DNA of 64,000 bases. Origin: an uncultured Acholeplasmatales bacterium (GTDB taxonomy: Bacteria > Bacillota_I > Bacilli_A > ML615J-28 > CAG-698). Below the pieces are notes generated by a model. It searched no databases, had not been told where the DNA came from, and saw only the letters and a program-made list of their open reading frames with translations. The DNA lies in NCBI GenBank assembly GCA_937877075.1, contig CALEGD010000065.1:13906-77905 (forward strand), written 5' to 3'. The position numbers and the translations under genes are program-made. Shown piece by piece: positions 1 through 9,704 of the stretch (position 1 is the first letter of the stretch; each line of letters opens with the position of its first letter).

Positions 1-1298
1 ACAATAAAATCATATTGAATTGGAGCAATGATATTACCTTGAAGCCCAATGATTCCATACTTTTCCTTTACTTCCACAATAGCATATCCATCAGCTGTTA
101 ATCCTATTCCATCGTAATTAAAGTCAATTATTGTATTTCCTATGAAATCTATAACCCCATACTTTTGACTTTTTTGAACAACTAATTTCCCATTAAATAT
201 AGCACCTAGAAAGTTTTCGCAAACAAAATTCAACATTTGCCCTTTATTATTTAATAAAGTTAAGTTATTATCAACGTATTTTCCAAGATAAACATCAAGA
301 TTAAATACATCTATATAAACATTAATCTCTTGTCCTTCTTCTTTTGCCATCGAAATTACAACATTACCACTTTCATTTATCACATAATAGTTTTTATCAT
401 CGCTAGCAGTGAACATTTCAAAATATAGATCGTCCAAAGCAAATCCACTATTGATAATTTCTACTTCATTATATTTTGTTAACGTAGTGCTAGAACCTTC
501 TTTATCAAGGATTGAATATTCACCATCTTTATTTACTATAAAACAATTTTTGGTTCTTTGGATAGAATCATAATCAGTAAAAACAACTTTACCATTTTTA
601 TCTATCACTTTATAATTATTTCCGCTTGTTGTATTCACAACAACAATTGCATATCCCTGATAAAATGATTCTGCATAATCATAGTTATTTCCAATTATTA
701 ATTCACCTTTTTTATTAATGAAACCATATTTTCCATCTAAATTAATAACCGCCAAGCCCTCATTAAAATCACGTACACTATTGTAATTCTTTTCAATTGT
801 TAGTTTTCCGGATTCATCAATATATCCATATTTTGTTCCGGACTTTACAATAGCTAATCCTTCAGAAAAGTTAGAAATAGAGTCATAAACAGCATCCGCT
901 AATAATTCGCCCTCACGGGATAAAAGTCCATATTTTCCATTCTTTCTAAATACAACCAATCCGCTTTTTTCATCGATTCGCAGAAATTCATAGCCTTCAG
1001 TTGTGATTTGTTTCCCACTTTTATCGATCATTTTATATTTAGATCCGCTTTTTACAATCGTAATACCGTAATAAAAACTATCGGCGTCATCATAAACGAA
1101 ATCAATTACTGTTTCACCATTTTTATTAATAAAACCATATTTCCCATCTAATTCAACTGCTGCCAAGCCCTCTTGAAATAATTCATTTGGGGAATATTGA
1201 TATTCAGGCGCTTTCTTATACAAACTAAAAAAGGTTATTATGCCTCCTATTAATACGATTAAAATAGATCCTAATATGATAATTAATTTTTTCTTCAT
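1..1298 (-). CDS. WG-repeat (KWG) membrane-anchored protein, 3' end cut by window edge
   Basis: ATG at 1296-1298 preceded by GAGGGTG RBS. N-terminal hydrophobic anchor MKKKLIIILGSILIVLIGGIITFF, then recurring units DGKYGFINKNGE / GKYGYIDESGK / KYGVIDFIGN typical of WG beta-repeats. The frame stays open through position 1. Confidence 0.6.
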   Translation of the reverse strand, partial: MKKKLIIILGSILIVLIGGIITFFSLYKKAPEYQYSPNELFQEGLAAVELDGKYGFINKNGETVIDFVYDDADSFYYGITIVKSGSKYKMIDKSGKQITTEGYEFLRIDEKSGLVVFRKNGKYGLLSREGELLADAVYDSISNFSEGLAIVKSGTKYGYIDESGKLTIEKNYNSVRDFNEGLAVINLDGKYGFINKKGELIIGNNYDYAESFYQGYAIVVVNTTSGNNYKVIDKNGKVVFTDYDSIQRTKNCFIVNKDGEYSILDKEGSSTTLTKYNEVEIINSGFALDDLYFEMFTASDDKNYYVINESGNVVISMAKEEGQEINVYIDVFNLDVYLGKYVDNNLTLLNNKGQMLNFVCENFLGAIFNGKLVVQKSQKYGVIDFIGNTIIDFNYDGIGLTADGYAIVEVKEKYGIIGLQGNIIAPIQYDFI

Positions 1299-1713
1299 CT
1301 TTTCACCCTCACAATATTTTATATTTAGATTATATATTCTTTTGGTATTTCTGTCAAATATAAAAAACAATATTATCCTGAAGGAAAATTCTGAATTCGA
1401 CTTCCTCCATCTTAGTTAAAGTTTCCTGATCATAAAAATAAACTTTGAAATTAGTTTCTTTCTTACACCCTGTAAGATAAAGCAAAAAAATTAAATTTAA
1501 AAAATAAAAAGAATTAACTTTCCTTTTTAATCATAATACCCCATTTTTTTCTTAATACTATTATATAGTTTAAAAAAATCGAATAATTGTATTACAATCA
1601 TAAATTATAATAATTTAATTTAAAATGCAACCAAAAATCAATCATTAATAATAATGAAAATTTAAAATGTTTTCGAAGCTTTTGATGCTTGTCTTTAACC
1701 AAATCACCTTAAA

Positions 1714-2508
1714 TTAGTTTTTCATCCTTTTTAAATAAAGCCTAAAAGTAAATATAAAAATTATTAAAAAATATAGGCCACCGATGAGCATATAAAGATA
1801 ATAATTTAAATTACTTTGTTCGGAGCTCATTGTTGCTTCATTCATCATCGCTTTAATTGGCCAAAAATTTGGAAGAATCCCTAAGAGATATTGCTTTGCA
1901 TTCTTAAAGATATTTAATAAGGATAAAACCGGAAGCATGATGAAAATTGCCCCTCCCTTTACAAAAGCAAAGCCTTCGATCTTATTCTTGGAATAAGTAC
2001 CCAATAGTAAAGCTACCGTCGGAACAAAGAAACTGTTAACTATTGCAAAGATTAATGTTTTTCCCCAACTGAGATTATCCAAAAGATGGATTGAATATTC
2101 GCCTAAAATAATAACATACTGTTCATTTGCGAATAATTTTAAGCCGCCAAGCAAGATTATATTGCTGAGGATTGATAATAAGAAAGCGTAGATTATCTTG
2201 AAGAAGGTATAACCCTTAATCGAGACTGGAGTAACCGCGATACTAAGAATTGTGTTTTCATCTTTATTTTCAATTAAGGAAAAACCTAGCAAAACACCGG
2301 AAATATATGATCCCATTACCAAAGCTAAAGCCAGAGAAATTAATAAAACAACTCTTGAGGCTGTTTCTCCTGCTGATTTAATAGTCTCCGGTATCAGAAA
2401 TGCTAATATTCCTAACATCATAAATGGATAAATAATCATAAAGAGATTCATTGAATCTTTAAAAATTGTTTTAAATTCGTATTTCAATAAATTTAGATAT
2501 TTTTTCAT
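1714..2508 (-). CDS. ABC-2 type transporter permease
   Basis: 264-aa polytopic membrane protein with 6 hydrophobic spans, immediately downstream of and co-oriented with the ABC ATPase and a second permease. Confidence 0.55.
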   Translation of the reverse strand: MKKYLNLLKYEFKTIFKDSMNLFMIIYPFMMLGILAFLIPETIKSAGETASRVVLLISLALALVMGSYISGVLLGFSLIENKDENTILSIAVTPVSIKGYTFFKIIYAFLLSILSNIILLGGLKLFANEQYVIILGEYSIHLLDNLSWGKTLIFAIVNSFFVPTVALLLGTYSKNKIEGFAFVKGGAIFIMLPVLSLLNIFKNAKQYLLGILPNFWPIKAMMNEATMSSEQSNLNYYLYMLIGGLYFLIIFIFTFRLYLKRMKN

Positions 2509-2512
2509 CTGC

Positions 2513-3268
2513 TCACCCTGCTATTGCATATTCCTTAAACTTTTTATTTACATAAAACAAGAAAATTCCAAATCCTAAAAAGAGAAGATAGAAAAATGCA
2601 ATTAGTTCCGATAGAAAATCCATATCGGTAAAGGGGCTTTGGAGAAGGGTTTGAGCAGCATGGGTCGGTGAGATTAAAAGATAGATATCCATCCTTTTAG
2701 GTATTATTTCAAAAACAGAAAGAATGGTCGGTAGAAAAAAGAGAAGTGCATAAGCGGCATAAATTCCGAGCATTTGACCAAAGTCACGACTATTGAGAAT
2801 AATAACAAATCCAAGTGCGGCATGACTAGAAACAATTAAAATAATATAGACAAATAACAAAAATAGGTTAATTTTCAGTTGATGAACAAAAATTACAGTT
2901 AGTACAATTACAATTGTTGAGGCAAGACTCAAGACTATCGAAGCTAGCACCTTTGAAAATAAAATATCCTGAACCTTAACCGGTAAAACCAATTGTGACT
3001 TTATTGAACCTTCCTGTTTCTCAAAGTAAAAGGAAGCGGCCAAATAAATAATACTCATCATTCCAGCATCAGCTACTAATAACATCGGGATTAGACCCAT
3101 CACTTCCTCTATTGGAGAAAAACCGATAATCAAAACCCAAATCAAAGAAACAAATATTGAAATTGGAAGAATTTTATTCTTATTTAGTCTGGCCAATTCA
3201 CCTCTTACCAGCTTCAATAGATTATTCATAGAATCCCTCTTTTGTAACAATGATAAAAATCTCTTCAA
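2513..3268 (-). CDS. ABC-2 type transporter permease
   Basis: 251-aa polytopic membrane protein. Its start overlaps the end of the upstream ATPase gene by 47 nt. Confidence 0.55.
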   Translation of the reverse strand: MKRFLSLLQKRDSMNNLLKLVRGELARLNKNKILPISIFVSLIWVLIIGFSPIEEVMGLIPMLLVADAGMMSIIYLAASFYFEKQEGSIKSQLVLPVKVQDILFSKVLASIVLSLASTIVIVLTVIFVHQLKINLFLLFVYIILIVSSHAALGFVIILNSRDFGQMLGIYAAYALLFFLPTILSVFEIIPKRMDIYLLISPTHAAQTLLQSPFTDMDFLSELIAFFYLLFLGFGIFLFYVNKKFKEYAIAG

Positions 3269-4088
3269 GGGAAGTCTCGCCGGTATGGAGAGTTTCTATT
3301 TTATGGTTTTTAATTAATTCTAAAAACTCTTGATTATTTCCTAAATCATCAAGTTCAAAATATTGACTCTTTTGTTTGTCTTGTTCAAGATATTCAACCT
3401 TTACTTCCTTTTTACCATATTTAAGTTTAAGATCCCGAGGTTTGGCTTTTTCGCTGATATTGCCGGAAGTAATAAAGATTACTTCATCACATAATTCTTC
3501 TACATCTCCCATCAAATGCGTGGTGATAAAGACTGTACCACCGGCATTCTTAAAATCTAAAATCAAGTCCTTTATGATTCTGGCATTAACCGGATCCAGT
3601 CCATTGGTCGGTTCGTCCAGAAACAAAACTTCTGGTTGATTTATCAAAGACCTGGCGAAGTTTAATCTTACCTTCATTCCTTTTGAAAAAGTTCGAACTT
3701 CCTGATTAATTGCATCTTCCAGATTAATCTTTTTTAAAAGACTGATTAGATCAATGCTATTTTTATAGAAACTAGAAAAATACTTCAAATTCTCTAAGGC
3801 CGTAAGTTTACCAAAATGAATCGGCGATTCAAAGCAGACTCCGATTTCTTCATAAAATGATTTGTCATAAACAGCTAGATCCTTTCCTTTATAGAGAATT
3901 TTACCCCGATAATCATTTAACAGTTTAATCAAAATCTTCATCGTTGTTGACTTGCCGGATCCACTTGGACCAAGCAAACCGATAATCTTTCCTTTTTCAA
4001 CTGAAAAATTCAATCCATCTAAAATGTACTTTTCAGTCTTCGGATACTTAAAAGATAAATCTTTAATCTCATAAATCTTTTCGCTCAT
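3222..4088 (-). CDS. ABC transporter ATP-binding protein (ABC-2/bacitracin-type exporter family)
   Basis: Walker A GLLGPSGSGKST, signature variant FSKGMKVRL, Walker B VLFLDEPTNGLD, H-loop ITTHLM. Confidence 0.85.
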   Translation of the reverse strand: MSEKIYEIKDLSFKYPKTEKYILDGLNFSVEKGKIIGLLGPSGSGKSTTMKILIKLLNDYRGKILYKGKDLAVYDKSFYEEIGVCFESPIHFGKLTALENLKYFSSFYKNSIDLISLLKKINLEDAINQEVRTFSKGMKVRLNFARSLINQPEVLFLDEPTNGLDPVNARIIKDLILDFKNAGGTVFITTHLMGDVEELCDEVIFITSGNISEKAKPRDLKLKYGKKEVKVEYLEQDKQKSQYFELDDLGNNQEFLELIKNHKIETLHTGETSLEEIFIIVTKEGFYE

Positions 4089-4413
4089 CTTTCCATTCCT
4101 TTCAAAAGAGTATAAAAATCTTCTACTTTGATTCTTGATCTGACTAGAATATTTAGATATTTCATTTTAAGATAATAGATTGTAATTACCAAGAGCTAAC
4201 CGATGAAACTGTGTTCAACAGAAAATCTTTCTCGGTCAAACTTTTAAAAGTAAAAGTAATCGGATATTACTAAAGTCTTCTCCAGATTATTCTCAACTTT
4301 CTTTTGAACTCTTAATGCAGCCAATATTATTCTCCGGTCACATTATATCATATATTCATCTATCAACAAAATAAAAACTCATTAATTAACAATGAGTTTT
4401 TCCGAATTTAGTA

Positions 4414-5436
4414 CTAAATGTTTATTATTTGTTTTGCTTGATAGGATTTCATGGCTTTATCCATAACTTGAATAACAGCTAATGCTAATCTTTTATCTTC
4501 ATCATCCGCAACACCGTTATTTAAATGATCTGCAAGTAAATCATAAAAACGATAATGTTGACCCCTAAGTAAAGGTATATCTTCTTCTTCATTCGGTGAA
4601 GTTTTAAAGATACTTCTTAAACCTGAATTTTGATATAGATCTTCCGCTTTCACATTAACCGAATCAGGGTTATCATATCCGTACTTAACATAGCTTGCTT
4701 TAGTACCGACTAAATGAAATCTTGGTCTTGCTTCACGTTCAAACATTTCCGCCCCAATAAAAGCAACCAAATTATCATAATACAAGATTAATTCAAAATG
4801 ATCATCGGCAACCGAGGCTTCACGTTCATAAAAAAGATTTAAAAACACACTATTAGGAAGTCCAAATAATGAAATTACATGATGTGTCAAGTGAGGGGCT
4901 AGATCGTAAAATAATCCTGACATTGTAGTAACTTTAAAGCGCCAGTTATCGCCAATTTCTGGTCGATAACGATCGAACCTTACTGAAAAGGTTAATAACT
5001 TTCCAAAATCACGAGTTTTCATTAATTCTTTGATTGTAAGAATATCGCCATCATATTTCCTATTATGAAATACTCTTAAAATCAGATTTTTTTCTTCCGC
5101 CAATTTAAATAATTCTTTTGCTTCTTCATATGTCTCCACAAAAGGTTTCTCACAGACTACATGTTTACCTTTTAAAAGAGCTTGCTTTGAATAAGAATAA
5201 TGAGTGTCATTAGAGGCTGTAATTACAACCAAATCAATATTATCATCATTCAATATTTCATTATAATCGAAAACAATCCTCGCACTCGGACAAATAGCTT
5301 TTAAATCCATTTGATTTTTTTCATTTCTTGTTTGAACTAACTTCACATTATAACTTGGGTGATTAAAAAATGCCGGTAAATGAAATTGACGACCAGACAT
5401 ACCATAACCAACTAAAGCAATATTAAATTTTTTCAT
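4414..5436 (-). CDS. Gfo/Idh/MocA family NAD(P)-dependent oxidoreductase
   Basis: N-terminal Rossmann motif IALVGYGMSGRQFHLPA and conserved EKP motif (VVCEKPFVET). 340 aa, the typical size. Confidence 0.8.
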   Translation of the reverse strand: MKKFNIALVGYGMSGRQFHLPAFFNHPSYNVKLVQTRNEKNQMDLKAICPSARIVFDYNEILNDDNIDLVVITASNDTHYSYSKQALLKGKHVVCEKPFVETYEEAKELFKLAEEKNLILRVFHNRKYDGDILTIKELMKTRDFGKLLTFSVRFDRYRPEIGDNWRFKVTTMSGLFYDLAPHLTHHVISLFGLPNSVFLNLFYEREASVADDHFELILYYDNLVAFIGAEMFEREARPRFHLVGTKASYVKYGYDNPDSVNVKAEDLYQNSGLRSIFKTSPNEEEDIPLLRGQHYRFYDLLADHLNNGVADDEDKRLALAVIQVMDKAMKSYQAKQIINI

Positions 5437-5810
5437 ATAACTATCTTCATCTTTCTTCTTTTTTTACAATCTGAATAAATTATAACATTTGAACTATTAA
5501 ATATCAATCATTACACAATAAATGGGAAAGTCAAATCTTATTTCTTTTAGCGCATCTACATTAAACTGGTGGTATTTAATAAGAGTATCTATATAATTGA
5601 AGAAGCCTATTTTAAAATTGATTACCTTTTTATCTATAAAGAATGCTTATGCAAATATCATTTTCTTTTATGCACTAAATTTGACACCATAAAATGATTA
5701 AAATATAATAAGATCAATCCGATATCGGTGTTGAGTAAAATCTCGGACTACGGAATCAAATATAGCGTGGTAATAACTTTAATGTTCTAGATAAAGCGAG
5801 GTAGAAAATC

Positions 5811-6992
5811 ATGAATCAAACAAAAAATATTAAATGGAGAACCTTTATAAAGGATGTCTTTATGTGCTCATTAGGTTCTTATGGCGGACCTGAAGCACAT
5901 TATGGCGTTTTTTCATCGATCTTAGTAGAAAAAAAGAAATATCTTTCTGAAGAAGAGCTTACTGAAATGCTTGGATTATTTGGCCTTGTACCAGGACCAA
6001 GTAGTACACAAACAATAACAGCTATTGGTTATTATGTTGGTGGCCCTATTCTTGCGATACTGGCGTTTTTGGTTTGGACTTTTCCCGCCATTGTAATTAT
6101 GGGTTTATTTGGTGTTTTCTTTTATCAAGTAAACTCCATAGATTCCTGGAAACCGGCCTTGACTTTTTTACCGACCGTCGCTGTTGCTTTTATCATTTAT
6201 GCTGGCTTTACTTTATCTAGAAAAGTTTTGAAAAATCGATTTGATTTTTTCTTATTTGCAATAATGTTGACACTAGGTTTGCTTTTAGTAAGATATTCTA
6301 TGTGGATTGTTCCTTTGCTCTTAATAATTGGGGGGCTATCAGTTTTATTAAAACAAAGCAAAATAAAATCGAAAAAGAAGATACAATATACACCTAGATG
6401 GTGGCTATTAATTATTGTCATAGGATTAGCATTATTTAATGAAGGGTTAAGAACTTGGATATCTGCACCATGGGTTACCTTATATACATCGTTTTATCGG
6501 TATGGTTATTCAGTCATCGGCGGTGGCCAAATTGTGATACCTTTAATGATTCAAGATCTTGTACAATCACAATCACTGATTTCACTCAATGATTTCCTTT
6601 CAGGCTATGCGATAGATCAAGCCGTACCTGGACCTTTGTTTAGTTTTGCTGCATTTGTATCAGCACGCGCATATTCAGGATCTGGTTTTTCTTTTATTGC
6701 TGGTATAATTGGGGCAATTAGCATCTTTTTACCGGGAACATTATTAGTATTTTTTATATTTCCTTTATGGAAATCAATGAGAGACCTTGCATTTATGAAA
6801 CATTTTTTATCCGGAGTTTCGGTAACAGCAGCAAGTTTAATAACTATGACCGCCATTACTCAAACGATTATTCTACCATTAAATTGGAGTGTTTTAGGAG
6901 TACTTATATTAAGTATAATGCTATTATTCTCAAAAAAAGTTCCTGCACCTCTGATTGTAGTCATCATGGTTATTGCTGGTTTTATTATATAA
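5811..6992 (+). CDS. chrA: chromate transporter (CHR family, two-domain ChrA)
   Basis: 393-aa protein with duplicated CHR halves. GGPEAHYGVF and LVPGPSSTQT motifs in half 1, GGGQIVIPL and VPGPLFSFAAF in half 2. About 10-12 TM segments. Confidence 0.7.
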   Translation: MNQTKNIKWRTFIKDVFMCSLGSYGGPEAHYGVFSSILVEKKKYLSEEELTEMLGLFGLVPGPSSTQTITAIGYYVGGPILAILAFLVWTFPAIVIMGLFGVFFYQVNSIDSWKPALTFLPTVAVAFIIYAGFTLSRKVLKNRFDFFLFAIMLTLGLLLVRYSMWIVPLLLIIGGLSVLLKQSKIKSKKKIQYTPRWWLLIIVIGLALFNEGLRTWISAPWVTLYTSFYRYGYSVIGGGQIVIPLMIQDLVQSQSLISLNDFLSGYAIDQAVPGPLFSFAAFVSARAYSGSGFSFIAGIIGAISIFLPGTLLVFFIFPLWKSMRDLAFMKHFLSGVSVTAASLITMTAITQTIILPLNWSVLGVLILSIMLLFSKKVPAPLIVVIMVIAGFII

Positions 6993-7233
6993 TAAAAGCA
7001 TTCAATAAAAAAAGGTTAACAATGTTTAAATTAATTTAGAATTAACTTAATAGTTAAAAACAAAAAAGGATCCTATTTCGCAAGATTTAAGGTCTCTTTT
7101 ATTATATTATCTGATTAATATTTATCCTAAACCTTCCTCAAAGCATTCAAAAGACAATTATTCTATACTTTTCCTTTACTTCTGAAAATAGCAGATTCTT
7201 CAGCTATTATCAACAGTCCGGCCTTTAAGACCA

Positions 7234-7989
7234 TTATTTTTTAATTGATCTTGTAGCAAAAAAAGTAGGAATTCTTAAATCCTCTAATCTACCTTCTCCG
7301 TTTGTGTCTTCGTAAATATCTGTTAAGATAAACCCTGCTTTTAACTGACCGCCTAACTGTTCTTCTAATGTATGGGAAAATTGAATTCCGTCATCTGATG
7401 CTAATGCTTGTTGCATTTGTTCTTCATTTTTCAGGGGGTTATAGGGGAGCTTGTTTGAAATAGTTATTTCGTCATTTGTAACATAGTTAAAACCATTATC
7501 GAAGCCACCAACAAAAATACCTCCTCTTTTTAGGATGCGATAACATTCTTTAAAAATGCCCTCTACTTCTTCGACATAACAATTTGCAACCGGATGAAAA
7601 ATAATATCAAATGTTTCATCCTCAAAAGGGAGTTTGTTTGTCATATCAAAATGTAGAGTCTGTATCTCATATCCAGCTTCTTTAGCAAAAACAATTTCAC
7701 TTTCTAATTGTTTTTTTGAAAAATCTAATACCGAACACTCTGCTTTTAAAGCAGCAAAAATAGGCATTTGTTGGGCACCTCCGGATGCTAATCCTAAAAC
7801 CTTTAATCCCTCTAATGAAGATGGAAACCATTCATGTGGCATCGGTTTTGTAGGAGTAAGTAAAACATCCCAGATTCCCTTTTGAGCTTTATGAAAAGTA
7901 TCAATACTGATTGGTTTTCCCCAGACCCAGCCTTCTTCTACCCACCTATCAATTGTTTTAGAATTTACTTCTGTATATTTTTCCTTCAT
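7234..7989 (-). CDS. class I SAM-dependent methyltransferase
   Basis: Motif I VLGLASGGAQQ, acidic residue after beta-2 (LDFSKKQ), motif post-I FDIIFHP, Methyltransf_11-like RILKRGGIF. Confidence 0.7.
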   Translation of the reverse strand: MKEKYTEVNSKTIDRWVEEGWVWGKPISIDTFHKAQKGIWDVLLTPTKPMPHEWFPSSLEGLKVLGLASGGAQQMPIFAALKAECSVLDFSKKQLESEIVFAKEAGYEIQTLHFDMTNKLPFEDETFDIIFHPVANCYVEEVEGIFKECYRILKRGGIFVGGFDNGFNYVTNDEITISNKLPYNPLKNEEQMQQALASDDGIQFSHTLEEQLGGQLKAGFILTDIYEDTNGEGRLEDLRIPTFFATRSIKK

Positions 7990-8161
7990 TTATAGCTATC
8001 TCCTATACTACTAAGAACATTATATCAATATACTTATATTAATGAAAGGCATAAAACTTTTTATTTTATACCTCTACTATTTTTGATTATGAAAAGGATA
8101 TGGTAATAAAAGACCTCTTATAATGCAAACACAATTAGGAGGTCTTCTTTCTTTATATTTT

Positions 8162-9085
8162 TTATACTTTACTATTTAGGTTCATAAAGGCCAGAACCTC
8201 ATCTTTATCAGGTAAAGAGGGAATCGCACCATTTTTCTGAATGGTGAGTGCCCCAACCGCATTGGCAATTTTGATAGACTTTCTAATATCTAGTCCAGAG
8301 TCGATAGAGGCCGCGAGGCTTCCAGTAAATGAATCACCGGCTCCAGTTGTGTCAACAACCGGAACCTTGTAGCCTGGTAGATGAATTTCCTTATTGAGAT
8401 TTACAAAGAGGCAGCCTTTATCTCCAAGGGTTACGACTACTGTTTTGACACCGGCATTACATAAAAGACGAGCTCCCTTTACATAATCTTTCATGCTACT
8501 TAACTTCATACCGGTTAGGAGTTGTAACTCAGTTTCATTTGGAGTTAGAATAGAAACAGCTTTTAAAACCTTATCACTCAATGACCTTGCTGGAGCAGGA
8601 TTGAGGATAAATATTTTTTTATGAAGTTGGCAAAGTTCTGCTAGTTTCTCTGTAATCTCTTCACGTAATTCCAATTGGGTTAAAACAATATCAACTTCTT
8701 TGATGCAATCTTCCAAAGTCATGAGGTCAGCTACTGAATATTCATAATTAGCACCCGGAACAATAATGATCCGATTTTGGCCATTTTCTTCTAAAGTAAT
8801 TGACCCAATTCCAGTTGAAGCATTATTTGTTTTTTTGATGTTTTTAATATCAATACCAGCATTTTTCATGATGTTGATGAATGTTTCGCCATAGGAATCA
8901 TTTCCTACCATTCCAGCCATAATAACTTCAGCACCCATCCTCCTAGCGGCTACTGCCTGATTAGCACCTTTACCACCGGGATAATTTTTATAAGATATGC
9001 CAGTAATAGTTTCTCCGGCTTGGGGTGCTTGTGGAGTTCTTGTAACACAATCCATCATAAAGGAACCGACAACGAGAATGCTCAT
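8162..9085 (-). CDS. rbsK: ribokinase (PfkB family carbohydrate kinase)
   Basis: PfkB signature 1 GGKGANQAVAAARMG and signature 2 DTTGAGDSFTGSLAA. 307 aa. Confidence 0.8.
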   Translation of the reverse strand: MSILVVGSFMMDCVTRTPQAPQAGETITGISYKNYPGGKGANQAVAARRMGAEVIMAGMVGNDSYGETFINIMKNAGIDIKNIKKTNNASTGIGSITLEENGQNRIIIVPGANYEYSVADLMTLEDCIKEVDIVLTQLELREEITEKLAELCQLHKKIFILNPAPARSLSDKVLKAVSILTPNETELQLLTGMKLSSMKDYVKGARLLCNAGVKTVVVTLGDKGCLFVNLNKEIHLPGYKVPVVDTTGAGDSFTGSLAASIDSGLDIRKSIKIANAVGALTIQKNGAIPSLPDKDEVLAFMNLNSKV

Positions 9086-9675
9086 TCTTTACCTCCGGAT
9101 TTCTTGCCTAGACTACCACCTGGGTGATAGAGATTGAAATCTTGTTTTGAAAAGTTTCGTAATTTAGAAAGGGTTAAAGCTAGAGCATCACCAACTACTA
9201 AGGTGATGGTAGAGGAGGCGGAAGGTGCAAAACCAAGTTCGCCAATTTCCCTTTCACAATCATAAGCCAGAGAAATATCACAATTTAAAGCTAAACTTGA
9301 TTTATGGTTACCAGTTAAGGAAATCATCTTACAGCCAATTTGTTTTAAACTTGGAAGAAGGTTTAAGACTTCAAGGGTTTCTCCACTATTTGAAATCAAA
9401 ATTACGACATCCTCCCTACCAACCATACCCAGATCACCATGAACTCCTTCTGTAGAATGCATGAAAAATGAAGGTGTCCCGGTAGAGGCAAGGGTAGCTG
9501 CAATCTTTTTACCAATATGACCAGATTTACCGACCCCGGTAATAACGACTTTTCCACGGCTATTCTGGATAGCATTAATAGCTTGTACTATTTCTTCTCC
9601 AAAGCTATTTAATGTTTTTTCAATAGCTGCTACTTCTTCACTCATATATCTTTTAAAGGTTTCTAATTCTTTCAT
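9082..9675 (-). CDS. SIS-domain sugar-phosphate isomerase (single SIS; KpsF/GutQ or GmhA-like)
   Basis: VVITGVGKSGHIGKKIAATLASTG and ISNSGET motifs. Overlaps the ribokinase start by 4 nt (operon). Confidence 0.7.
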   Translation of the reverse strand: MKELETFKRYMSEEVAAIEKTLNSFGEEIVQAINAIQNSRGKVVITGVGKSGHIGKKIAATLASTGTPSFFMHSTEGVHGDLGMVGREDVVILISNSGETLEVLNLLPSLKQIGCKMISLTGNHKSSLALNCDISLAYDCEREIGELGFAPSASSTITLVVGDALALTLSKLRNFSKQDFNLYHPGGSLGKKSGGKE

Positions 9676-9704
9676 ACATTTCTCCTTAAATCTAGAATCA
9701 TCTA

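Noticed and set aside
3376-3639. Plus-strand 87-aa ORF inside the ABC ATPase gene. Similar antisense ORFs occur at 6197-6421, 6617-6856, 6767-7039, 7634-7885, 9225-9455, 11895-12770, 17172-18010, 19521-21613, 21788-22036, 23032-23319, 25745-28489, 30644-30964, 43051-48530.
   Set aside because: All are embedded antisense or out of frame within long, motif-supported genes. Their compositions are low-complexity (Leu/Ser/Phe/Ile-rich from AT-rich antisense). These are spurious.
5437-5810. Possible riboswitch or leader upstream of chrA.
   Set aside because: Apart from the CCGATATCGG palindrome, no conserved riboswitch core sequence was recognised.
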